A stretch of 46,271 bases of DNA from Octopus bimaculoides (Eukaryota), in the NCBI RefSeq assembly GCF_001194135.2, contig NC_068993.1, positions 62,982,771 to 63,029,041 of the forward strand. Reading direction: 5' to 3'. Positions 1-11,614 of the stretch are shown piece by piece. Position 1 is the first letter of the stretch. Each line of letters starts with the position of its first letter. The notes beneath the pieces are model-generated. The model was not told the DNA's origin, made no database searches, and saw nothing but the letters and a program-made list of their open reading frames with translations. Position numbers and translations under genes: made by a program.

Positions 1-2
1 GT

Positions 3-395
3 ATGTGTGTTAAGAAATGGTTGGAATTTCTCTATGAAAAGATTCTCCTTGTTGATTCTTTCTTGTGTGGAGATTCTGTCTTTATATTGATAGAAAAGGA
101 ATATAAAGAATTTAGGGTTTTTGTTTCTGGCGCAAGAGTCTATATGGCCACTGAGTGGAATTTGGCAGTATTGAGGGAGATTTATTTGTTCATTATGGAC
201 TGCTACTCTTCTACGCAACGGGAGGCTCGTCTGTCCGATATAGAAGTTTTGGCAACCTGCACATGTGAGGACATAAATGAGGTTACCAGAGGAACAAGAG
301 AAATTGGTTTTGATTTTAAACTTTGTTCCTCGTTTGTAGGTAAATTCAGAGCCTTCAAGTAGGTAGGGGCAGGTGCCACAATTAGGGCATGCACA
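3..395 (-). mobile_element. Penelope-like retroelement, GIY-YIG endonuclease C-terminal fragment (Neptune-type Cys linker)
   Basis: ATG-less open frame absent from the ORF track: CACPNCGTCPYLLEGSEFTYKRGTKFKIKTNFSCSSGNLIYVLTCAGCQNFYIGQTSLPLRRRVAVHNEQINLPQYCQIPLSGHIDSCARNKNPKFFIFLFYQYKDRISTQERINKENLFIEKFQPFLNTH. It shows the LIY...YIG motif, CxxC plus two His (CCHH), a conserved Glu and terminal P-x-LN. Confidence 0.9.
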
Positions 396-450
396 TCAGT
401 TAAAAAATGTTTTTAGAATGCACGTCTACATAGTTGTGAAGTATTTATGT

Positions 451-600
451 TTGCTGTTGTTGTTTAGGTCTAGACCAACCCTGACTGAGTTGACCTTTGA
501 TCAGACATTCCAACCCAGACTACAGTATATCCTTCCCTTTTTTAAAGGATGTTAGTGATACTGTGAGGGAGATTTGGCTGCTCTTTCTTACAAGTTAAGT
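451..600 (-). mobile_element. SINE 3' tail fragment (family C: gcagccaaatctccctca...cctttgatca...ctaaacaacaa)
   Basis: Reverse complement matches the tail blocks seen at 21570-21780, 22450-22640 and 23335-23525. Confidence 0.65.
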
Positions 601-869
601 GAGCATATAGAAGCTCTCTTATTGGTTCTTGTAAATGTACATTTTGCTATCAGACAGTTTTTGTTTTCCTATGAAGGTTTCATAGAATGCATGCATCTGT
701 GTATGCTTCATGCACACAGAAATGTGAGTTGTCTTGACTATATACAGATATATATTTATGCATAATTAATATATTGTATATAAAATAAGACAGCTGAATA
801 ATTAAAATATAGACTGCACACTCAAGTGTAAACATAACATAGTTGAACAACTATTGTCATAAGGTTAAC

Positions 870-900
<31 letters not shown>

Positions 901-1483
901 AAAAGTTAGTTTTGATGGAGAACAGGTTATTATAAAGTGTTCATTAAGTGTATGTTTTCCTACCAGACAGATGGTTTGTGTTTTTGTTTTTTATTCATTT
1001 ATTCTTGAAAGACATTTTGAATGTGTATATTTGTATGTCTAGGTGCATCTTACCAGGTACACAAGCATGGAAGTAGATGTGTGCTTGTAGTATATATTAT
1101 GTATGAAGTAGTTGAATAATTAAAATACAAACCACTGATTCGAGAAACAAACTTAAGAGTAAGCTTAAGCATTGCATTTCATCTTTGGTCTAAAAATGCT
1201 GCTGTTTGATTTAATCTGTGTGGATAATAGACACTACTTTATCTTCATGATTGAAGTTTTGGTTAGCATTAAGAATGGCAGTCATTTGTAAAAGGGGAAA
1301 AAAAAAAAACTGCATTCACAAATCAGGAGTAGTTTTGCAGAACCATTCAGTTGTTAAACAAAGTTGTAAAAGCTAAGTAGAAATAACAGGAGACTCTACC
1401 AGTGCATGGTTTTACTCTATATTTCAAGAAAAATTTATATTTACAGAGGGGGAAACCGTCGGAGGCTGCTAGCAGGATGCTTG

Positions 1484-1534
1484 AGGGATGCATGCATCCC
1501 TAGGAAGCCAACACTGAGAACCACTGCTCTAGAC
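1484..1534. mobile_element. Right end of a hAT (Charlie/MER5-like) non-autonomous element with an internal 18-bp palindrome
   Basis: TGAGAACCACTG (1515-1526) is the reverse complement of the CAGTGGTTCTCA terminus and is followed by CTCTAGAC, an NTCTAGAN-type target site. Perfect palindrome AGGGATGCATGCATCCCT at 1484-1501. The left end was not found. Confidence 0.45.
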
Positions 1535-2419
1535 ACTTGTACAGACCTAAGTTTATCTAAATGGTTAATTTATTTCGAAGCACAAATGGCCAGATCAATC
1601 AGTTAAGAAGTCCAGGTTCATACTCTTCCCCAATACTGCATTGTACTCATGGCTAAGATAAATCTGAACAGCCAAATGTATTTGAATTTGAGTACCAAGA
1701 ATAGGGCAATTCACAATACAACAGGTGTGGATTTTAACGAGTATTTTGTTGGTTTGCAGTATTGGACTCAGTTTCTTTATCAACAAACAAGATGAGGACA
1801 AATATCCGTCAAATGTAAATAATGTAGATAATGTACATAATTCATCTCTTAAACATAAAACTGCATCAGTTTAAGTTAGACCTGGATTGCTAACATATCT
1901 TCCATATTCAGAGATTGTCTCTGTGGTTTCACAACCAGCAAAAAATAGCAACTAAATTCTCAATTTACATTATATGATCTTACATGAAAAATACATTAAA
2001 AAAAGTAGTCCTTGGCTTACATAAAGATGAATAATTACTGATAAATTGACCTAGGATGAAACAAGGTATAACAGAAAACTTCCTCTTATCTGCCATCACT
2101 ATAAAACAGGGATATTACAACAATATAAGGGAAAAAATATTTATTATAAAAATAAAAAATGTATATTAAGCTATGGACAAACCAAGTCAGCAATCAGGTA
2201 TGAATTCCCTGTTGAAATAAAAATCATTTACATCACTAATGATTTGGAGAAAAACATTTGTGTCTCACTGTACCATTTCTGTTGCCTTATAGTTCTGACT
2301 TCTCCAAGTTTATGTAAGAAATAATTATTATTGCAATATGTTATTAGCAAATGCCATGGGACATCTGCAAGTTGTCAGCAAACCGATTCTCAATTGGAAC
2401 CGTTTCAACTACATTACTG

Positions 2420-2841
2420 ATGCCCACAAATAAAACAAACATCACAAGGCATACACACACACGCAAACACAATCTTACATTAAGCACACACACACACACA
2501 CACACACACAAACAATACACCAACACTGCATTATATGCAAACACACTAGATATTTACAAACACCACCAAGATTCTATTATATATTATACAGAGCAGCACT
2601 AAAGCACAACTACATTAGACACAGGTTTGCACTAATACTAACCTAAATGCACACAACACTACACAAGGCAAACATGCACAAACATTCCAAAACTACCCGA
2701 GACATATACACATGCTCAACACCTACACTAAGGTTACAATAATAGTACAAGAATAGATATAAACACACTCACAAACACTACACTAAGCATATCCACATAA
2801 ACATTACACTAACTCTACACTAGGCACAGAGAAACATGCAA

Positions 2842-2876
<35 letters not shown>

Positions 2877-3047
2877 TACACTGGCCCTGGACAACAACAC
2901 ACCTACACGACAGACATACAACACATCACATACAAAACTGCACAAAATTCATCAAATCACAACTCCAGCACAACAGAGACAAACACTACATGACTTTGAG
3001 ATGGAATCATACAAAAAAGACTTCACATACATTACATGAACACAATA

Positions 3048-3091
<44 letters not shown>

Positions 3092-3200
3092 CATAAGATG
3101 CAGAAAGATCTAAGCTAATACTACATAAGACCTGCACACAAGACAAACACTACACAACGTACACACACAGATCAGATACTGAGCTATGGAACTTATTCTT
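2420..3200. repeat. Degenerate AC-rich satellite with embedded (CA)n runs and a recurring ACTACAC motif
   Basis: G-depleted plus strand with many ACTACAC/ACTACAT/CCTACAC words. (CA)n at about 2486-2510, 2843-2873 and 3048-3087. Confidence 0.65.
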
Positions 3201-3864
3201 ATTGGGAGACATAAACACCACCATTATTCAATTTGGAGACACACAAAAAGAAGCACTCATGCAATCACACACATGTACACACGCACATATATTCATACAC
3301 ATGACAGGTTTAATTACAATTTCTACCTCTTCAATTTCTCCCACAAGCCAGAGGTCAGGCAGCTCAGAGGCTAACAGTAGAAAATACTTGATGTCGCAGT
3401 GAGATGGAATCTGAAAATTTGTGGTAGCAAAGCAAACTTTGTAACCACTGAGCCATTAACTGTACTTCCTAGCAATAAAAAAAACTGACACGTCATAGCT
3501 GAAATACCTTTGACCATAGGTCAGTTCAATCTGAGTTGAGCTGACATTAAACAACAACAATATCTACATACACAACACTCAACACATACTACCATCCACT
3601 TTTAACTACATGTTGCAGTAGATCTTGGAATCAATTCAACCATCAATGCCCTGTCTCCAACAAAAAGTTGTCTTCACTCTTTAATTTGCTCCAGTCTACC
3701 TAACTGAATAGTCGGTACTAATCACCCACTTCATATGTCACTGGTTATGAATACTGAAACAATAGCTTCGATAATTTGTGGAAATATTCCAAATTTCAGA
3801 ACTATCCAACCTTCACTAACGTGATAAAAATCAATAAATACTTGTTCTTTTTCTTTCTTAGCAT

Positions 3865-3901
<37 letters not shown>

Positions 3902-3925
3902 TGTGCGTGTGCGTGTGCGTGTGTG

Positions 3926-3957
<32 letters not shown>

Positions 3958-5144
3958 TTTATATATACACACACATAAATGCACAAAAAGAAAATTCTTT
4001 AACTTTCAACAACACATCCATATACCAAAATTTGCTAAATCTCTTTTCAAGTCTTTAAAAGAAAAGAAATAGCCACAAAAGAAATACGAAAGTAATTAAG
4101 CATCTTTTGATTAATTTCTAGAAACTAAATGAATGGTTCAGCTTTTCAAAATATTTTGAAAACTTTATTTTGTAATAATGCTATTTACTGGCATACCAAA
4201 TTGACTGATTTCAAATGGTTTGGTTCTCAATTTTCCTATCTAGCTAATGGCTCATCAAAAATTATAAGAAAGAATATGATGTGATCATCCTTAATCCAGA
4301 CAGAATAATTAACATAGAAAGCCTATGAGGGAGTCACTTAAGTTATCCAGTGGAGTAGAATGGTGGGTGCAGATTATACTGGGTGACCATTTTATATATG
4401 CATCTTCTGCAGTTTAAGATGTTATGTTCAAAGAAGGGGGCAACCAGTTTGGTTACCAAAGAGAGCAGCCAAAACCATTGTTGTTGACACAAAGTCTGCT
4501 AGAACACAGACACAAACACACTCACTCTATCAAACTCTACAGTAGATACACAAACACTAATACTTATACTAGACACACAGAACACTAACACTAGCTCAAA
4601 TGACAACCTACCATCTTAAAGGAAAAACACATTAAACAATGTAGTCATTGATACACTATGCCGAAATAGGATAGGATGATCATAGCTACAGTGATGTTGG
4701 GTCCATTGAATTTTAAAGCAAATCTGAGACTAAACAACAACTTTTTACATGACAAAATTAATGACAGGAACTTTCTTTATAATACTTTGCTCATCACACA
4801 CAGAAAAAGCAACTCACATGACATTTTGTATTATTAAAAACAAGATAATTACAAATTATCTTTCAAATTACTCAAGGCAATCATCTCCAATAGTGCTTTG
4901 CATGTTATATATAGCCTTAATCTAATCTTTAATTTTCTACAACTTGTTCACAGTTTACTGACACTGCTTTACAGGGCCCTGCAAATGTGAAAGTCTAATG
5001 ATAATAAGATACGTAAATTAAAAGATAGTGGGATTAAATATCTAGCAACTTTAAAACCTGATTAGTAATTCTTTTCCTTTTTCTTTTTTTTTTTTTTTCT
5101 TTTTTTTGGTACAAGCTTAAGAAGTTTGCTCGACTATATCTTAC

Positions 5145-5460
5145 TCATTTCATGTCCATTTTCCATGCTGGCATGGGTTGGACAGTTTGACTGGAGCTGG
5201 CAAGCCAGAGACCTGCACACAGCACCAATTGTCTGTTTGAGCATGGATTCTACAGCTGCATGCCCTTCCTAACACCAAGCATTTTATAGAGTGTACTGGG
5301 TACTTTTGATGTGACGCTGACCCCAATGCTTTTCTCGTGGCACCAGCATGGGCGCTTTTCACGTGGCACCAGCACAGGTGCTTATTATGTGGAACCAGCA
5401 CAGGTGCTAATTACGTGGCACCAGTACAGGTGCTTATTACATGGCACCAGCATAGACATG
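5145..5460 (-). mobile_element. SINE fragment with V-domain-like block and an internal five-copy ~26-bp tandem repeat
   Basis: ttccatgctggcatgggttggac and gcatgcccttcctaacacc blocks (reverse complement GGAAGGGCAT). Units of type gtgcttattacgtggcaccagcacag repeat at 5327-5455. Confidence 0.7.
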
Positions 5461-5843
5461 GCGTCATTTAGACAAATTTCCTCTCAAGTTTATCTCTGCA
5501 TTATTTTTCACATCAAACTTTTATCTCGTGCAACATTTTGTTCAGCCAGCTTACATTATTTATGCCAGTGCCATAACTAAAACTCAGTTTCAAACTCCCA
5601 ATATGTAACAATTTCCTCGAATTAATTACCCTCAATTGATCGAGTTCATGTCGTACCTACAACAAATGCTCATCTGCTGATCTACCATTAGAGCCCATAC
5701 ACCACATCACCTATGCATGCCTCGTTGCCTCCATAAAAGACTTCCTATGCAAGAAATCAATGTATCGGTAGGAGGTTTCCACCTGAAATTTGAAACTGAA
5801 ACTCATTTTAGCTTAGGAAATTTTTGATAAACAACTAAATTCT

Positions 5844-5889
5844 TCAGACTGATGATGTCAGCAAGAAACAAATGGCTAATTGTCTTTGA
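5844..5889 (+). ncRNA. Type I hammerhead ribozyme-like motif (probable Penelope pLTR relic)
   Basis: tcaga-CTGATGA-tgtcagcaa-GAAA-caa...ttGTC-tttga. Core boxes are intact, stem III is ACAA/TTGT, the triplet is GUC (cut after 5884), stem I is 5 bp with one G-U, and stem II is weak. Confidence 0.55.
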
Positions 5890-7254
5890 TTAAACATCAA
5901 AATTGGTGGATGTTAGCAAAAGACTGACCATTTGAGATACACAAAAGGATTTGATATCTAATCAGTGCTATTGATGGAAACCACTCAACCCTAATAATCA
6001 TACAGTATTTCCCAGCATGCACACCAATGTAGCATACAGTATAAACATTCATACATTGTCACTATCTTTCTAAATCCTGTTGGCTTTCACATGGAAGTTT
6101 TAGTTCTCCAAAGTCACCTTGGTGTATAATTCAACTTTTTCGGCTGTAAAATATTGGTTTAAAAAATCTGACTTGTTTGCCAGAAAATAGAAGACAAAGA
6201 CAACGAGACAAAAGAACAGTGAACCAAAAAAGCTAATAGGAGAAAGGGAGGCATCGTGTTGGCCTATTCAGCAATCAGTTGTTGGACTTGACAGTCTTGT
6301 CAACATGAGATTCTGCAACACAAATGTCTGAGCTGCTACTAATTCAAAAGCTACACTATCACAGATGACACACATGCCTTCTCTTTTTTTCTCTATCGCT
6401 TTCATGTTCACATAACTACAGAACCAGTCCACAACCACATCACAGTACAAAAACAACTTTCTTTCACTCTTCTATAGTTTCCTATCAAACTGTCATGTCC
6501 AATTCAATCTTTTGACAGTAAAAATATGATTAATCAAAAACTCCACTCAATGCTCATCCAATATTCAACTTTCCATCCATCTTATTGCTAAATTGATAAC
6601 CATTCTTACAAAGCTTTATAGAAATTGTTTTTATACTAAAAGTATTAAGGTGTTGGACAACAAAATGTCTTGGGTGTTTCTTATCATCCTTCCTGGACCA
6701 AAAGTCTAAAAAAGTATGATTACCAATTCTTAGTTGAATAACTAGTAATGGTTTCAAATTTTGGTACAAAGTCAACAATTCCTGGGGAAGATAGACGATT
6801 ACATCGAGCCCAGACCATGAAAAGATAAAGGCAAAGACAACCTTTGTAGTATTTGAACTCGGAAACGTAAAGGGTCGAAAGAAAAGCCACTAAGTATTTT
6901 GTGTGACACGCTAACAACGCTGCCAGATCACCCCATTATTAGTTGAGTAATTAAGAATACTAATGGACATCTAAAATACATTCTCGAGAGTTTCAAAAAA
7001 ATATTAAAACTGATATAAATTTCCTAAGCTGATATCGTTTTTAATAAATTCAAAGCTATAAACCAAAATCTCAGCCGTTTTAAGCCTGAACAAAATTGTG
7101 GAAATAAATCTTGCCTTTTCTTTTTTTAATTGCTTAGTCAGTGGCCATGACTCTTTTGTAGAGGGCTGGGGTATTCTAAGAACTACTGGGAGTAAAAGGA
7201 GAGAGAAACCTTGAGTCGTGAGTTATCTAATATTCTTTTCTACTCTAGGCACAA

Positions 7255-7420
7255 AGCCCAAAATCTTTGGGGAGGGAGTCAGTTGATTAGATTGACCCCA
7301 GTACGTAGCTAGTACTTAATTTATCAACCCCGAAAGGATGAAAGGCAAAGACGACCTCGGCAGAATTTGAACTCAGAAAGACAGACGAAATACCACTAAG
7401 CATTTCACCCAGCTCACTGC
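7255..7420 (-). mobile_element. tRNA-derived SINE family B
   Basis: Reverse complement matches the 19545-19765 copy (gagttcaaattc B-box; ctttcatcctttcgggg; gtaccag...tggggtc). Confidence 0.75.
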
Positions 7421-10400
7421 CTTATCTAATATTACATAGGCGATAGAGTCCAAATGCTTGCAACAGGCATCCAAAGGCCAGGTTAGGGTGTTAAGCCAAG
7501 CAACAGATTGAGTCAGCCTCCTAAGAACAACTACAGTCAATCTAACACATATCAAAGATAACAACTCTTGAGACCAAGATAAAATAAGTACTTTAGTATC
7601 AACATACCATAACAATGAGTAATGCATGCTGTACAATAGGGAAACAAAGTCAATAACAATCGTTATCAACCAGTCAATGTTTATTTAAGTTATATTTCAC
7701 AAGTGTCATAAATACAGTAAACAGTTTGTTGTTTTGTAACCACGGGTGTGTGTGTCAATGGATGAATACTGCTATTGCCTTTCAAATGCAGGAAAAGCAC
7801 TTTGTTTTCCAATTTATCCCATTGTGTGACACCTTGGGCAAGTGTCTTATACTAAAAGGCCTAGAACTGATGAATACTCGGGAGTAAAATATTGGTAACC
7901 CGGAATGTGCAGAAGCTTATTACATGTATGCGTACATGTGTGTGCAATTTGGTTTATTTTTTGAAGATGTCTGATTAATTTTCAAATTCATAAGTAAAAT
8001 GATTTTTCTTTCTATAGCTTAATCAGAGAATGAAGCACAGTATCTATGACCTTTTCTAAAATTACTCCAAAATTACTTAGATATGTAGACTTTGTGCAGA
8101 TACTTGGAGTGCAATACAGAGATGTCTACTAAAAGGCATCCAATGTAGAGGTGGTAGAGTTAAATTACATGAAAGATTAAGTCTGCCCCACAAGAACAGA
8201 TAAAGTCAATCCAACCTAGCTTTCCATCAACCCAATTTCATTGACAAAATTTGGGTTAACCGAGTGGACAACCAAGTGGTTCAAGCTTTAACGTCCCTCT
8301 CAGACTTATCAGATTGATTCTGTAGATATTCAGCTTGAATATTTTGTAGGTCAATGCCTGAAGGGAAAATATGAACATGAACGGATTCCGGAAAAGTTGC
8401 AGTCTTATAGAGAAGAGGCTGGTTTTCAAAATGTGTTGTCTGAGTGGTGCAACAAGATCAAAAAGGTATGCAGCTAACTAGTTCAAAAATGAGTGCCTGT
8501 GTCATCATGACAGTAAAAGAGTTAAGCAAAAACTGCATAACTTGTCAGCCAATGAAATAAGTAAAACAAGCGGCTGAGTGAATTATTACCAATAATTCAA
8601 ATGACCTTCTTTTGGGTGTGGCCTCCGATGTCTGTCTACATGTGTAGCAGTAACACCATTTAGCACTTGTGAGCAGCACTGTAAAATGGGTCTTAGTTGA
8701 TCATAGATAAGTAAATATAGTATTAGGTTTCTGGTTGATGAACTGAAAATTCAGTTTCTACTATATTTAGTCATACTCTTTTGTCCTTGGAAGTCAGTGA
8801 TAGAAGTACTACCATGCTTGTTTCAGAATCAGAGAATAAATAAGATAAAATAGAATAAAATAAGAGAAACTGGCAACTGGGCAACCCATGGTTTCCATAA
8901 CAACATATCTAGGTTTGAAGTTATAACAGAGCTCTTTCAAAAATTGGTTGCTATAAATTCTTTCTCTTTCTCATACTCACAATATTAGAAATAAATTTTC
9001 GGTAAAATTTATTTTATGGTAAATCAATGTCAGTATTAGAAGGAAAAAAAAAAATTACAATGATGGTAATGAAATATTGATCATTTTGACAAAGAACAAT
9101 AAGGTTTTGTAAGCGAAAGGTAAGCAAATCAGACAATACATTACTGGTACTTATTCTGTCTTATCTGAGGGATAAAAATGGTAAGCAAAATATATCAGAA
9201 AAGCAAAATTTATCAAGGTAGTGATAAAGTCTCTCTGTGGTTACTTGACCTATCAGAATTAGCAGGTAAAGGTTCCTCAAATAAGGCTCTTGTACATTTT
9301 TTTATATATTTCTTTTACTAGCTATGTCTGGAGGAAGGGGCAGTACCATGGCCTTCCCAGATCCTCCCAGACCAGTGCTATGATACTGTTAATGTTCCTC
9401 TTGAACTTTTGTGAGTCAAAATGTGCAGGAAAGGCATGAGCAGGGAAGGGATTTCCAGAGGACTGTGCCTAATGATTAGTGCAGGACCTAGGGGTCTGAG
9501 TGTCACAAGGGTTAACTGAGAGGAGACGAAGTGAGTGTGACTGAAATGTTTGTGTAGAGGTGGCATGAGCCCAACCAGCTCCAAGGAACAGGTTTTTATA
9601 GTAGCACCAGAAAAGGCAGAAAAAGGAAATGAGCACACTTGGGGGTCAAGAGTATATCTGTGAGGGACTTTATGCCAATCAGTTAGGTGAGTGGCCCTTT
9701 TCTGTAGGCAGCATCACCACCATCTACATGTGAAAGCAATATATTTCTTATGAGCTTCTATGTTGCAAAAAGTTAAAAAAATATGAGATGTTTATAGCTT
9801 GAGTACCTCTGATCATACAACTGCTCATTCAAGGCTAACCTGGGGTTAAACAACAGAATTACACTTTGATCTTTGCCAAAAGGCTGAGAAGTGATAAACA
9901 ACATCAAAATTAGATAGTACAAAGCCTTTAGTCAGGCATGTTACTATCCTAATCAACACAACTGTTTTGATGTATTTAATGAAATCTTGAGTAAAATTCT
10001 ATTCTGAAAATCAATGCATATTATTAATATTTAAATTTTATAACACGAAGATATTTTCATCAAATAGCAGTCAAAGTACTAAAAAAAAAAAAAATCTATC
10101 AAATTAAATGAATTGCTAAAATATTTTGATACAGTGAAGTGCAGAGGTCAGATAAATCAAGGTTAATCATGGCATTATTATTTTTCCAGGGATTATATTC
10201 ATTTCTTCAGGTGTTAATTAGTAAGTAAAAGGTAAAAAGTTCATATAAATGTCTTATTGAATTAATAACTCATTCTGCAGCCTAAGGTTTAATATTTATC
10301 ATACCCACTGCTATTATCCAAACATATGCAGTCTGTATGAATAATAAATGAATATATCATCATCGTTTTACAGCCACTTTTCCATGATTGCAGGAGTCAG

Positions 10401-10616
10401 AGTTTCTCTGAAGCAGAATTTTCTATGGTCGGACGCCCTTCCTGTCACCAACCATCACCTGTTTCCAAGCAAGGTAATATTTTCCCAAGCGAACATTAAA
10501 TGACAATGATAATGATGAGAGAAAGAGAGAGAGAGAGAGAGGGAGAGAGAGAGAGAGAGAGAGAGAGANNNNNNNNNNTGACAATGATAATGATGAGAGA
10601 AAGAGAGAGAGAGAGA

Positions 10617-10648
<32 letters not shown>

Positions 10649-10789
10649 TATGAATTATCTAACTTCATACTATTAGCCTAATTGAGTTATGTATTTTCAT
10701 AACAACACAAATTATATTGCCAAAACCTCTTCACAACTCTTTCCATTGATAAAATTCTGTGCCCCACTCATTAGACCAGGTTTGAGAAA

Positions 10790-10850
10790 GCCATGCCTTA
10801 CTGATAAGGTCTAACAAGACCAAAATACAATTGTAGCTGTCACTTTGTTC
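10790..10850 (+). ncRNA. Degenerate copy of the dispersed HHR family
   Basis: CTGATAA-GGTC-taacaa-GACC-AAAA...tgtagctgtcac. Stem II is perfect, but G8 and G12 are changed to A. Upstream flank aligns with 28865-28914. Confidence 0.5.
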
Positions 10851-11364
10851 ACCAACAAATTTTACATTTTACTTCTAACCATGAAAATTTGATTTTTTTA
10901 TTTTCTGTCTCCAATTAAATGGCAAATTTCAATTCATTAAAAAGTTTTTGCATACTTCGTTCAATATATCAACACCTAACCACATTATCAATTGAAAGAT
11001 TCTTTTTAAATTGCATTCTGCTTAATTAACTGTCTTTGCTATAAATCTGTAGATTTAGACTTAATTATCCAATTAGTTTGGTGCTCTTATTTCTTATTGT
11101 GTAACATCAAATGGAAGTCATGGCGAAGTTACATAGATATGGTTAAACCCAAGACAGACCTGATGGCACAGACAAAGTTCTTCCACCATAACCACCGAGT
11201 TCTATCTATCATTTTTCGGTATAGTATATCTTGGACTACATTAAGATGCTTATTTCATGACATACAAAAGATCAAACAAAAAAAACATTAATGGTGGACT
11301 TTAATGAAAAGTTAAGAATTGCTGGTCCACATTTCATAGTAAAGTTAAAAGAAAATCAATAAGA

Positions 11365-11580
11365 TATGGGCGTGTGTTTATCCACCCCACTGCAACTTGA
11401 CAACCGATGTTGGTTTGATTACATCCTCATGATTTAACATGTGGAAAAACGTCCAATAGAAAAAGTACCAGACTTCAAAAAAATAAGTCTTGGAGTTAAT
11501 TTACTCAACTTAACCTTTCAAAGCACTGCTCCAGCATTGGCCACAGTCCAATGACTGAAAGCAGCAAAAGATAAAAGGAG
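11365..11580 (+). mobile_element. SINE family A, 3' half
   Basis: cttgacaaccgatgttgg...aataagtc...gctccagcattggccacagtccaatgactgaaa matches the 29711-30050 and 36612-36975 copies. Confidence 0.75.
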
Positions 11581-11614
11581 ACGAATGTTTATTAATCATA
11601 TTTATCTTTAATGA

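Noticed and set aside
3-362. 119-aa plus-strand ORF MCVKKWLEF...
   Set aside because: Antisense shadow of the Penelope GIY-YIG frame
5657-5782. Minus-strand segment bounded by tttcag and GTACGA
   Set aside because: Stops occur in all three frames and there is no BLTP1 similarity
7866-7900. CTGATGA followed by a small hairpin
   Set aside because: No GAAA box or stem III; it aligns to a decayed family A SINE body
9580-9640. CSFPFSAFSGAT resembling the expected BLTP1 exon 2 (GSFSFSVLSGK)
   Set aside because: Similarity stops after about 10 residues, there is no suitable phase-1 acceptor, and the region looks like an old repeat
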